The notes under the pieces: generated by a model
What the model was told of the DNA's origin: nothing
The model's database searches: none
What the model saw: the letters and a program-made list of their open reading frames with translations, nothing else
Shown: piece by piece, positions 48,112 through 56,759 of the stretch
How positions within the stretch are numbered: the first letter of the stretch is position 1
How the letters are laid out: the number at the start of each line of letters is the position of its first letter
Program-made: the position numbers and the translations under genes
Virus record (IMG/VR): IMGVR_UViG_3300032240_001531
Location: 15,409-79,408 of that record
Reading direction: 5' to 3' (one strand)
DNA from: a virus
Taxonomy: Duplodnaviria > Caudoviricetes
DNA length: 64,000 nt

Positions 48112-48701
48112 TGGCAAAAGATAAGGTATTTGGGCCAGGACTAGGGCGAGATGTAAATAGTATTGCAATTGGTATAGACCAATCTTATTCCGGGTTTGGG
48201 ATAACCGTACTTGACGCAAAAGACGTAGCGGATTATAAAACTAATGTGTTTAAAGCAGAAGGACTACACATTGACCGTTTGGTTTGGATTCAAGAAAAAC
48301 TTACAGAAATATTGGACTACTATACTTTCTATAATAAGCCTTCGTCAATTATTGTAGCCATGGAAGGCTATGCCTTTGGCACCACAATGGCCCATATGCT
48401 GGGCGAATTAGGTGCCATAGTAAAACTGGTTTGCTACAATGAACTGGATGAATTTGAGGGTAAGTATCCATACATTATTCCGCCAACTACTTTAAAGAAA
48501 TACATTACAGGTAAAGGCACAGGCGTACAAAAAAATCAGGTACTTTTAGCGGTATATAAAAAGTGGGGCGTAGAGTTTAATGACGATAACGCTGCGGATT
48601 CGTATGCCCTAGCTATGCTAGCTGCTGGTAAAGGCAACTTAGCCTATGAGTTAGAAATACTTGAAAAGATTAAAGGACCTACTTTTAGGGAAAAACCTTA
48701 A
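48111..48701 (+). CDS. RuvC-like Holliday junction resolvase
   Basis: IGIDQS, MEGY, PTTLKKYITG, DNAADS. Confidence 0.8.
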   Translation: MAKDKVFGPGLGRDVNSIAIGIDQSYSGFGITVLDAKDVADYKTNVFKAEGLHIDRLVWIQEKLTEILDYYTFYNKPSSIIVAMEGYAFGTTMAHMLGELGAIVKLVCYNELDEFEGKYPYIIPPTTLKKYITGKGTGVQKNQVLLAVYKKWGVEFNDDNAADSYALAMLAAGKGNLAYELEILEKIKGPTFREKP

Positions 48702-48946
48702 TGTGGAACGCGTTTAATCGGGAAGTAAAAAGACATTCGTTTGCTATTAGAATATTTGCGTATATCTTGGCCTCATACTGGTTAATAATAAAGCGACAAA
48801 ATAAAGAGTTAAAAACTAGTAAGTTTGATGAACGAGCTAGAGTAGCACAGCTTATAGAAGACGGTGCTCCACACAAATCAGCATCTTGCGGAAATAGCTG
48901 TGATGCACATATAATTGTACAATTCATACGAGAACTAAAGGATTAA
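48701..48946 (+). CDS. Hypothetical protein
   Basis: TAATG coupling. Confidence 0.5.
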   Translation: MWNAFNREVKRHSFAIRIFAYILASYWLIIKRQNKELKTSKFDERARVAQLIEDGAPHKSASCGNSCDAHIIVQFIRELKD

Positions 48947-48949
48947 TAA

Positions 48950-49087
48950 ATGGTAGAAATAATTGCAGCAGTAGTATTATTCGTATCCATTACTGTAGTT
49001 GTTACTTTAGTATTGGCTGGAATAATGACACTAATTGGCGTTGTAAAAGGTATAGACTTAGAGCACCTACACGACGATGAAGAGTAA
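48950..49087 (+). CDS. Small single-TM protein (45 aa)
   Basis: Long hydrophobic stretch and acidic tail. Confidence 0.5.
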   Translation: MVEIIAAVVLFVSITVVVTLVLAGIMTLIGVVKGIDLEHLHDDEE

Positions 49088-49226
49088 CAATTTATCAGGC
49101 ACCAACTATACTGGTTGGTGTATAACCGGGCACCACACTAATTGCCCAAAAGTAGTAAAGTTATCGATGGGCACAGTTTCAGAGAAAATCTGTAGTTGTC
49201 CCTGTCACGAAAAACAAGGAGAATAA
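49077..49226 (+). CDS. Small Cys/His metal-binding protein (49 aa)
   Basis: WCITGHHTNC...CSCPCH. Confidence 0.55.
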   Translation: MKSNNLSGTNYTGWCITGHHTNCPKVVKLSMGTVSEKICSCPCHEKQGE

Positions 49227-49227
49227 T

Positions 49228-49665
49228 ATGGCGTATCAACCAGGTGACCCAGGCAATTTTAATGGCCTATCAGAAGCAGCAAGAGAATTTATCCGTAAAT
49301 CTGGTCCTACAACAGAAGAACTAAAAGCACAGTTAATTCAAGATAATTTTGAAGCAGCCCTAGCTACTAAGTTTTTAGAGGCAGAGCAGTTGCTGGTTAA
49401 AAAACACAAAGATTATGGACCAAAGAACATCAGCGAGAGCCCTGGCGGCCCTTTGAACGGCCTTAGAGTACGTATGCACGATAAGTTAGCCAGAATCAAT
49501 CACCTGTACGATAGCGGGGCTAAGCCTGAAAACGAGAGCCTGCGCGATAGCTTTATCGATATGGCCAATTACTCGATTATTGCCCTTATGGTACTTGATG
49601 GAAACTGGGATAACCGTGAAATCGGGGTAATGCCAGACATCAGAGAAAATTTGGATTGGGCCTAA
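49228..49665 (+). CDS. Nucleotide-modification-associated domain protein (DUF1599 / Nmad1-like)
   Basis: KKHKDYG...RMHDKLARI...ESLRDSFIDMANY. Confidence 0.75.
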   Translation: MAYQPGDPGNFNGLSEAAREFIRKSGPTTEELKAQLIQDNFEAALATKFLEAEQLLVKKHKDYGPKNISESPGGPLNGLRVRMHDKLARINHLYDSGAKPENESLRDSFIDMANYSIIALMVLDGNWDNREIGVMPDIRENLDWA

Positions 49666-49728
49666 ATTAAGCCTATTTTACCTTTATAGTAGAAGTACGG
49701 GAGTACTAACACAATTTAAGGTAATTAA

Positions 49729-50010
49729 ATGTCTGAATCACAAGATGAAAATGTATTACGCGTAAGCGCGTCTAGTAACCCCCAAGCAGTGGCGTCAGCT
49801 ATTGCACACGCTATTTACGAAAAAGGAACCTGTAAGATTCGCGCTGTAGGCGCGGGACCAGTTAACCAAGCTGTAAAAGCTATTGCAATTGCCAGCGGAT
49901 ATACCGCACCACGCGGAATAAGCCTAGTATGTATTCCAGGATTTCAGTCCGTAGAGATTAATGGCGAAAGTATCAGCGCAATCGTATTTAAAGTAAATTC
50001 AGTTAATTAA
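49729..50010 (+). CDS. spoVS: SpoVS-family (Alba-fold) protein
   Basis: LRVSASSNPQAVASAIA, AVGAGPVNQAVKAIAIA. Confidence 0.85.
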   Translation: MSESQDENVLRVSASSNPQAVASAIAHAIYEKGTCKIRAVGAGPVNQAVKAIAIASGYTAPRGISLVCIPGFQSVEINGESISAIVFKVNSVN

Positions 50011-50075
50011 GCATATTTAGCCAATTACCTGTATCGTTAAAGTATCAACCATCTTAGGCCAAAGAGGTAAAAATC

Positions 50076-50393
50076 ATGGATAAACAACCAAAAAGCAAAT
50101 TCCCTACAATGGGAACTAGCGCAGCTTCAACTGCTAATAATCCTTCAGGAAAACCTGAAAGAGGTACGCTTGTAAAGAAGAAGAACACAGCATCAGGCGA
50201 CCCTTACAAGCAGGCAAAGCCTAGCCGCACAAAAATTAAAGCAACAAGCACTAAGCAATACGGTATTACTACAAAGATGCCTTCATATGTAGACCCTCAG
50301 ATTGGTCCTACACAGGGTAACGGTCGTATTCTGCCAGCGTCTACTAACCGCACATCAGCACAGTTTACAGACGGAATGTCTGACCATAACTAA
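50076..50393 (+). CDS. Basic low-complexity protein
   Basis: GAGG SD, biased codons, followed by a terminator. Confidence 0.6.
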   Translation: MDKQPKSKFPTMGTSAASTANNPSGKPERGTLVKKKNTASGDPYKQAKPSRTKIKATSTKQYGITTKMPSYVDPQIGPTQGNGRILPASTNRTSAQFTDGMSDHN

Positions 50394-50410
50394 CCCCGAC
50401 AAGGTATAGG

Positions 50411-50438
50411 AAAAGCCCCCAGCAATGGGGGCTTTTTT
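50411..50438 (+). terminator. Intrinsic terminator
   Basis: AAAAGCCCCCA-GCAA-TGGGGGCTTTTTT. Confidence 0.85.
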
Positions 50439-50444
50439 ATTGCC

Positions 50445-50473
50445 TTGACAAACCAAAAATTATCGGCGATAAT
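50445..50473 (+). promoter_or_regulatory. Sigma-A type promoter
   Basis: TTGACA-N17-GATAAT. Confidence 0.55.
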
Positions 50474-50528
50474 CAACGTACGTCACGCTGATGTGTGATA
50501 ATAATATATAGAAGACCGGGAGAGGTTT

Positions 50529-50771
50529 ATGTTAATAGATGAACTAAAGGTACTAGCCGCTAAATCAGATGGAATAGGCTGTGTAGTAAATGTCTGGGTT
50601 CAAGACCAAGACAAAGAATTTCAAGAAATATTTTCTGTGCTTAAAGGCAAAACCAATTTAAATATGTCAGAAGCTTTAAAGCTAATTAAAAAGTACCATC
50701 CCGATGCTCCGTTTAAGCAGACATCATTTAATTATCATATGAAAGGAACATGCACTTGTCCGATAGTTTAG
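50529..50771 (+). CDS. Hypothetical zinc-binding protein
   Basis: GC...H..G.C.C pattern. Confidence 0.55.
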   Translation: MLIDELKVLAAKSDGIGCVVNVWVQDQDKEFQEIFSVLKGKTNLNMSEALKLIKKYHPDAPFKQTSFNYHMKGTCTCPIV

Positions 50772-51766
50772 CTAAAGAATTAGCCGCCCTTCTAAGAGAA
50801 GACCCGCTAAAACCGTTTCCATTGATGCAAGCCCAAAAGATGACAATTAAGCCATCTACAATTATTAAACCTAAAAAAGGCAAGAACGAATGGAAGTTAG
50901 CTGCCCTATTGCCAGACACACAGATTGGTTACCGTGTCTATGAGGATGGAACAGTAATTGAGTTTCACTCTGAAAAAGCAATTGATATTGCAATGCAGAT
51001 TTTAAACTATGCGCATCAGCAGTTTGGCGTGGATACTGTGGTAAACCTAGGAGATACCCTAGACCTGCCAGCCCAGAGCCGTCACCATCAGGAGATTGCG
51101 TTCCAGAACTCAACTAACCTAGCTATCCAGCGTGGTTATGAGTACTTAGCCGCACAACGTGCAACCGTGCCGGATGCGGAAATTGTATTCCTAGAAGGTA
51201 ACCACGACTGCCGTATATATAAGTATTTGGCAGAGAACGCCCCAGCCGTATCAAATATGCGTCAAGCAGGGACTACCCCAAGTGATTGGCCAGTAAACAG
51301 CCTTCCACATTTGTTGCGTATGGATGAATTAAACATTAAGTATGCCAGCGGATACCCAGCGGGCGAATATTGGTTGAACGAGAACCTACGCTGTATTCAT
51401 GGCGACCGGGTTAATTCGGCCGGTAGCACAGCCATGAAGTATATTAATTCAAATCACCATGTTTCCGTAATTTATGGGCACATTCACCGAATTGAAATGA
51501 TGTACCACACTAACCACACCAGTAATGGGCCAGCTCGTAATGCTGCGTTTAGCCCTGGATGTTTATGCCGTGTAGATGGTTCGGTACCTAGCGTCAAGGG
51601 TGGAATTACCCCTAATGAGAAACCCGTTAAATACTGGGAGAACTGGCAACAGGGCGTTGGATTTGCATGGTATAAAGACACAGGCGAATTTACCTTGTTA
51701 TCTGTTCCAATCCTAGATGACTGGGCAGTATTTATGGGACAAGAGTTTAGAACTAATTTAACTTAA
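50750..51766 (+). CDS. Calcineurin-like metallophosphoesterase
   Basis: PDTQ, LGDTLD, EGNHD, IHG, GHIHR. Confidence 0.85.
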   Translation: MHLSDSLAKELAALLREDPLKPFPLMQAQKMTIKPSTIIKPKKGKNEWKLAALLPDTQIGYRVYEDGTVIEFHSEKAIDIAMQILNYAHQQFGVDTVVNLGDTLDLPAQSRHHQEIAFQNSTNLAIQRGYEYLAAQRATVPDAEIVFLEGNHDCRIYKYLAENAPAVSNMRQAGTTPSDWPVNSLPHLLRMDELNIKYASGYPAGEYWLNENLRCIHGDRVNSAGSTAMKYINSNHHVSVIYGHIHRIEMMYHTNHTSNGPARNAAFSPGCLCRVDGSVPSVKGGITPNEKPVKYWENWQQGVGFAWYKDTGEFTLLSVPILDDWAVFMGQEFRTNLT

Positions 51767-51786
51767 TTAGTGTATAAACTATAGGT

Positions 51787-52308
51787 ATGCCTAGTCAAAA
51801 CGTTCAAAGCCTCGGTGCCAATGGTATGTATGGCACCTACACCAACTATGGTGGCGGTGGCGTGGCTGTTGCCCGCTCTGACCTTGACTTCCTGCGCTTA
51901 GGTGTTGGCCGAGAACCATCTGCGGAATATCCAGACGGTTATCTTGGAACAATTCGAACTCGTCGCGATGATCGTGGTCGCCCTAATAGCGTATCTGAGC
52001 AGGTCCTTGATGGCCTAAAAGTACGCCAAACGCAACGTGGTTATCAGCGCGGCGTTCATCGCGGCGAGCGAATTGACCCGAGTGATTACTATTTGCCTTC
52101 AGGATTTGCTGCAAACCGTGGTATTGCAAGGCAGATGGCTGCCGCTAAGAGAGGTAAGCCTGCTTCTAGATTTGCTCCAGCATTTGCTTTGGCACCAGCG
52201 CCTCACTTAGTAAACGACGGTAAGGCAAACACACGCTCTAGTAGCCCACTAGAAATGAATAAAGTCCGCAACACACAGCTACGCGGCTTAAGCCCGCAAT
52301 GGAGATAA
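51787..52308 (+). CDS. Arg/Gly-rich hypothetical protein (leaderless)
   Basis: TAAACT 6 nt before the ATG; EYPDGYLGT motif. Confidence 0.65.
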   Translation: MPSQNVQSLGANGMYGTYTNYGGGGVAVARSDLDFLRLGVGREPSAEYPDGYLGTIRTRRDDRGRPNSVSEQVLDGLKVRQTQRGYQRGVHRGERIDPSDYYLPSGFAANRGIARQMAAAKRGKPASRFAPAFALAPAPHLVNDGKANTRSSSPLEMNKVRNTQLRGLSPQWR

Positions 52309-52309
52309 A

Positions 52310-52573
52310 ATGGCATTTTTAGCACCTTTAGCCGAAGGATTAGTAGCAGGAGAAGCCGCTGGTGGAGCAGCTGCCGCAGCTGAAAGCGGCGCAGCCGCTG
52401 AAGGCGGAGGCGGTTTACTTAGTAAGTTAGGTAAGGGCGGGTTCATGCCTACTGGCGGTGGACACGGCTATGCAGAACGCAGTAACAGTGGCGAATCTAG
52501 GATGGGCTCATTTAGTGTAGGTCAGCAGGATGCTGCTATGGCTACTGCGGTTCAACACGAATTAAAGGGCTAA
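52310..52573 (+). CDS. Gly/Ala-rich hypothetical protein
   Basis: 87 aa in a coupled series. Confidence 0.55.
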   Translation: MAFLAPLAEGLVAGEAAGGAAAAAESGAAAEGGGGLLSKLGKGGFMPTGGGHGYAERSNSGESRMGSFSVGQQDAAMATAVQHELKG

Positions 52574-52716
52574 TGAATACCCCACAAGTCGGTACTATGA
52601 ATGACCGTAAAGATGATAGTCAAATGGAAGCTGCGGATGGCGCAGCTGTTGCTACTCCGCCGAAGGAAGGCCGCACTGAGGCGTTTACAACGGGCATGGG
52701 CAAAGGGGAGTATTAA
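52573..52716 (+). CDS. Hypothetical protein (47 aa)
   Basis: TAATG overlaps on both sides. Confidence 0.5.
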   Translation: MNTPQVGTMNDRKDDSQMEAADGAAVATPPKEGRTEAFTTGMGKGEY

Positions 52717-52985
52717 TGGCTAAAAAAGTAAATATTAAATGCGCACATTGCGGTGAAGCCCAAGAGTTAGTTCAAGATACAGTTGCTATTCCAGGCGTAC
52801 CTGGAACTTACGTGTCTGCGGGCGAAGAGCAGCACTTAAATAGTGCTGGTCACGGGGCAGAAGTAATGAAGAAAGAAGCAGTTGATAAAGGATTGCGAGA
52901 AGCTGGTATGACCCCGTCTGAGGTTAAAGAGTCAGCAACTGGCAGACTAGAAGAATTTGGCCACGGTAAGGAACACAATGCCTAA
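52716..52985 (+). CDS. Hypothetical protein with CxxC
   Basis: GGGGAG SD, coupled. Confidence 0.55.
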   Translation: MAKKVNIKCAHCGEAQELVQDTVAIPGVPGTYVSAGEEQHLNSAGHGAEVMKKEAVDKGLREAGMTPSEVKESATGRLEEFGHGKEHNA

Positions 52986-53334
52986 TACCGCAAATGGTAA
53001 ATACGGATTTAGAGCGTGGGATAAGCCTGTAGGCGTACCACCAGAGGCTGCAATGCCTCCACAGGAGTACATCGGTCCTTTTGCTAGTAACAACGAGCGT
53101 ATGCTTACACAGGCCCTCAGAGTAGGTAACCTGACCGCTCAAGAGATTCAGCAGTACGTTCGCCCACCAATGCCACAAATCCAGCTATTTCCACAGCGTT
53201 TTGGCTATGAAGTAGCGGAATACGGCATTAAAGACATTGTAGAAATGACTGGTAGACCACAGACTCGTGTAGATTACTCACAGCAACCTACAACTACAGA
53301 ATCAACCAGCCGAAACGCGTTAGGTAATACTTAA
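52978..53334 (+). CDS. Pro/Gln-rich hypothetical protein
   Basis: AAGGA SD before MPNTANG. Confidence 0.55.
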   Translation: MPNTANGKYGFRAWDKPVGVPPEAAMPPQEYIGPFASNNERMLTQALRVGNLTAQEIQQYVRPPMPQIQLFPQRFGYEVAEYGIKDIVEMTGRPQTRVDYSQQPTTTESTSRNALGNT

Positions 53335-53335
53335 T

Positions 53336-53545
53336 ATGGATTTAAGAATGATAGACCCTTCAGGAGATGGCACAGCATTTCCTGCACCATACCCAGCGGA
53401 TATTAACCGTACACAGTATAATGGTGATAAAGGCTGCACTAGTTGTGGGCTTATTTTAAACCCAGTTCAATCCCTTAACTCGGACATCTGCCCGTCTTGC
53501 TCAAGACGTCAAGCGGTAAAGCGTGTTAAAAACAAGATGGTCTAA
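53336..53545 (+). CDS. Small zinc-finger protein
   Basis: CTSCG...CPSC. Confidence 0.55.
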   Translation: MDLRMIDPSGDGTAFPAPYPADINRTQYNGDKGCTSCGLILNPVQSLNSDICPSCSRRQAVKRVKNKMV

Positions 53546-53555
53546 GGAGGCAATC

Positions 53556-53891
53556 ATGGCAGCAAAGAAAAACTTAAATAACCCGATGGGTAAAAAATCT
53601 AACGCAGATGGTATTAAAAAAACCACTTCTACTAAAGAACCCGCTAAACTTGGTGGTCGTTCCTATAGAGTGGACCAACATGATGAATCATTGCGCAATA
53701 AGACCACTGTTGGCCCTAACACAAAGCGTTTTGAAGTAGGCACCGTAGCGCCTGCAAATAAGTCCGTTCGTTCCGTAAAAACAGACATTAGAAAAAATGG
53801 TGCACCTAACTCGCCAACTAGCATAGGAAATAAAAAAGGTACAAAATTAGCACAAAATAAATTTAAAAGAAATCTTAAGAAAGGCAAGTAA
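53556..53891 (+). CDS. Lys-rich basic protein
   Basis: AGGAGG SD. Confidence 0.6.
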   Translation: MAAKKNLNNPMGKKSNADGIKKTTSTKEPAKLGGRSYRVDQHDESLRNKTTVGPNTKRFEVGTVAPANKSVRSVKTDIRKNGAPNSPTSIGNKKGTKLAQNKFKRNLKKGK

Positions 53892-53893
53892 TC

Positions 53894-54100
53894 ATGGCAG
53901 TAAATAAGTCACGTTCAGAGAACGAAAGCCTACAAGAAGGCGCAACTGACGGTAAGTACCGTAAGCGTCGCCCAAACACAACCGTAGCCCCAGGACAGGG
54001 TGACCAGACTGTTGCACAGAACCGTGCTGGTCTACACCCATACATGAACTATGGTTTCATTAACAGCGAAGACCCAAACAAAGTAAATCCAGGAAAGTAG
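53894..54100 (+). CDS. Hypothetical protein
   Basis: 68 aa, biased codons. Confidence 0.6.
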   Translation: MAVNKSRSENESLQEGATDGKYRKRRPNTTVAPGQGDQTVAQNRAGLHPYMNYGFINSEDPNKVNPGK

Positions 54101-54104
54101 AAAA

Positions 54105-54359
54105 ATGGCATTATTTAGAGACCGCCGTGGCGGAGGTAAAGACGTACAACTTGGCCGTAAAGAATCTTTTGGGGCGCATAACGCTAAAAAAGGTGAGAAA
54201 GCTAACCCAAGTCATGACCCAAAAACTATGATTACTGGTGGACCTATTCCAGGAGTTGCGGCACCGGGCTCATCTCCAGCGTACAGAGCTTCTCAAGCTA
54301 CTTATGATAGAGTAAAGAATGCTAAAGTTCCTGGTGCAACCAATCCAGGCGGAATGTAA
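54105..54359 (+). CDS. Basic Gly/Pro-rich protein
   Basis: 84 aa. Confidence 0.55.
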   Translation: MALFRDRRGGGKDVQLGRKESFGAHNAKKGEKANPSHDPKTMITGGPIPGVAAPGSSPAYRASQATYDRVKNAKVPGATNPGGM

Positions 54360-54415
54360 GTAACACAAAATCAAATCATATGATAGGCTAATCACCTATC
54401 TAACAGGAGCACTAT

Positions 54416-54913
54416 ATGTCGAATAAAGAAGAGCAAGAGCCGTATTTCCGTTTACTGGTGTGTAAGAACTGTCGTACCATTGACGAGTTGCCTTCTGCTG
54501 AGGAAGACCCAGGCGACACCCTTTTAAACATTACGGTAGAGCGCCACGGTGAGTTGCATTATGGCCGTCTATGGAACGTGCCTAAAGCTGTTTGGGCTAC
54601 TCCAGCCCTTAAAGAAGATGTCATTAAGCAGTTGTCTGGTGGCGAAGGCGAAGGTTTAGGGCTGCCTTTTTATAACACCCGTATGCAGTTTGCGGAAGAC
54701 GCCATGACCTGCTACAGTATCCATAACCGCCCAAAGGGACAATGCCCTGATTATAAGTCAGACAAAAAGAAACTTTCGGCAGGTACTGAGCAGATGCGTA
54801 AAGCTGAAAACTTAGACAAGTATGCAGGTCCAACCATTTATCTGTGCGATTTTTGCCCAGTTAAATCGTTTAATATGGTTAAATTCCACGATGAAAAAGG
54901 TATATCAAAATGA
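54416..54913 (+). CDS. Cys/His-rich hypothetical protein
   Basis: CKNC, C..H.RP...C, CDFCP; AGGAG SD and TGnTAGGCT upstream. Confidence 0.65.
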   Translation: MSNKEEQEPYFRLLVCKNCRTIDELPSAEEDPGDTLLNITVERHGELHYGRLWNVPKAVWATPALKEDVIKQLSGGEGEGLGLPFYNTRMQFAEDAMTCYSIHNRPKGQCPDYKSDKKKLSAGTEQMRKAENLDKYAGPTIYLCDFCPVKSFNMVKFHDEKGISK

Positions 54914-55167
54914 CAGACGAAACACAAAACGAGTTAACCCCAGAAGTTACAGAGTTTGAGACAGGATTTTTGGTCGTTAAAGCCAAGTCAGGTGCTTGGC
55001 ATGTACTGACAGACCTATCAGCGCCTCTATCTATACAGCGTGAAACCACCCTTAACGAGGTCCGTGTAGGCTCCTCAGAGGTAGCGTATTCATTAGGGCA
55101 ACAACAGTTAGCGGCTTTGATTATAACCGCGCTAGCCCCCCAAAGCGAGAGTACAATAGAAGAGTAA
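54910..55167 (+). CDS. Hypothetical protein
   Basis: ATGA coupling. Confidence 0.55.
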   Translation: MTDETQNELTPEVTEFETGFLVVKAKSGAWHVLTDLSAPLSIQRETTLNEVRVGSSEVAYSLGQQQLAALIITALAPQSESTIEE

Positions 55168-55186
55168 TATACCTTTAGGAGAACCC

Positions 55187-55396
55187 ATGTTTACTGAAAT
55201 GTCCTGCAAATGCGGAGCTACACTTCAACTTGACGGGTTCAATGAAAGTTTTACTCAGTTTACTACCATACGCTTTTTAGAAGCCCACATTGGTTGTGGT
55301 TTCGTAACCCCAGTTAAAGAAGAAATGCCAGACCGCACTATTCGCAAAGAGTTTGACATTAGACAAATTGTTCCGCAAGATGATGACGAGGATTAA
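55187..55396 (+). CDS. Small zinc-binding protein
   Basis: CKCG...H..C; AGGAG SD. Confidence 0.55.
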   Translation: MFTEMSCKCGATLQLDGFNESFTQFTTIRFLEAHIGCGFVTPVKEEMPDRTIRKEFDIRQIVPQDDDED

Positions 55397-56290
55397 ATGC
55401 TAGAACCATCAGAAACATCTTATTTCAGCGAACCCGCTGCTATTTTAGACCCACGGCTATTTAAGAGTAATAAAATACAGCCAATGGTTCGTTCTGCTGT
55501 CTTGCAATTGCTATTTAATTATTTAGATAAGTATTACACGAGTAGTAGTGCGTGGGCTCACGTTTGGTTAGCTGGCTCTGGGGTGTCTTACCAATGGGCT
55601 GCGCATCGCGACCCAGGTGACTTGGACTGTTTAATCGGTATAGATTACCGCAGTTTTCGCAGTTCAAACACTCAATTCACTGGGCTAAGCGATAAAGAAA
55701 TTGCCCAAATGCTTAACGAAGGTTTTAGAGAAGAACTGCATCCAATTACAAATGAGTTCTTAGGAGCATTTGAATTAACATTTTATGTAAATGTTCGTAG
55801 CAATATTGTAGATATCAAACCTTATGCCGCATATTCGCTTACTGACGACATTTGGACAGTTAATCCGTCACCTTTGCGAATTGATGTAAGCCCTACTTGG
55901 AGTAGCGCTATTGAAAGCGATAGGGTACAAGCCATAGATATATTAACTAAATACCAAAATGCTAAAGATAGATATGAACAAGCAGGAAATGAAGCGCTAC
56001 GTGCAAATGCGAGATCCGAAATGCGTATCGCTATGGTACAGGGTTCAGGTTTGTATGAAAGTGTGCATCAAGGCCGTTCGTCAGCCTTTAGTCCTACTGG
56101 TGAAGGTTATGCCGATTTTGCTAACTACCGTTGGCAAGCAGGTAAGCAGTCAGGTGTTATTCAAGCATTACGCTCATTGAAAGACGAAATGGACGCCCAA
56201 GATGAGGCGTTAAACAAAAAGACATATGGGGTAGATTTACCAGACGCAAACACGTTAATCAGACGCGCAGCAACTAGACGCTTTATTTAG
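55397..56290 (+). CDS. Pol-beta superfamily nucleotidyltransferase
   Basis: hLAGS...GDLD signature plus downstream FELTFYV strand. Confidence 0.7.
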   Translation: MLEPSETSYFSEPAAILDPRLFKSNKIQPMVRSAVLQLLFNYLDKYYTSSSAWAHVWLAGSGVSYQWAAHRDPGDLDCLIGIDYRSFRSSNTQFTGLSDKEIAQMLNEGFREELHPITNEFLGAFELTFYVNVRSNIVDIKPYAAYSLTDDIWTVNPSPLRIDVSPTWSSAIESDRVQAIDILTKYQNAKDRYEQAGNEALRANARSEMRIAMVQGSGLYESVHQGRSSAFSPTGEGYADFANYRWQAGKQSGVIQALRSLKDEMDAQDEALNKKTYGVDLPDANTLIRRAATRRFI

Positions 56291-56303
56291 GAAGAATTAA
56301 TTC

Positions 56304-56759
56304 GTGGCAATTGTATTATTTATGGATGGCGTAATGCGGTCTGGCAGTAAAATACCTATCTATGAGGGTGTTGCGCTGTATAAATCCCTTAATGTAAATG
56401 GCACGGTCATGCTTGCTTGCGATGACCAAGAAGAAGCTCAGCGTTGGTGCAGAGAACATAAACTTGACGACATAGATGGGTTTATTTCTAATAAAACAGT
56501 TGGCGAATATGAAGACAAAGATTTCTTAAAGATTCAACATCAACAGGCATCGGGACCATTGTTTATGGTCATATTGGCTGATGTAGAATTAGGGCTAAAA
56601 TGCGTACAAAATGGTATTAAAACACTACTCTGGTTACATCCAGTTTATCAAAGTGCTAAGTTTAGACCAGATGGTCGCGTAGGTCGTAAGACTTGGGATG
56701 ACTTAGTTGGCGAACTAGATAGGCAGATAGATATGAAGGCAGAGGATGACCGCATATGA
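56304..56759 (+). CDS. HAD-fold protein, apparently degenerate
   Basis: N-terminal IVLFMDGVMR where DxDG is expected. Confidence 0.5.
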   Translation: MAIVLFMDGVMRSGSKIPIYEGVALYKSLNVNGTVMLACDDQEEAQRWCREHKLDDIDGFISNKTVGEYEDKDFLKIQHQQASGPLFMVILADVELGLKCVQNGIKTLLWLHPVYQSAKFRPDGRVGRKTWDDLVGELDRQIDMKAEDDRI

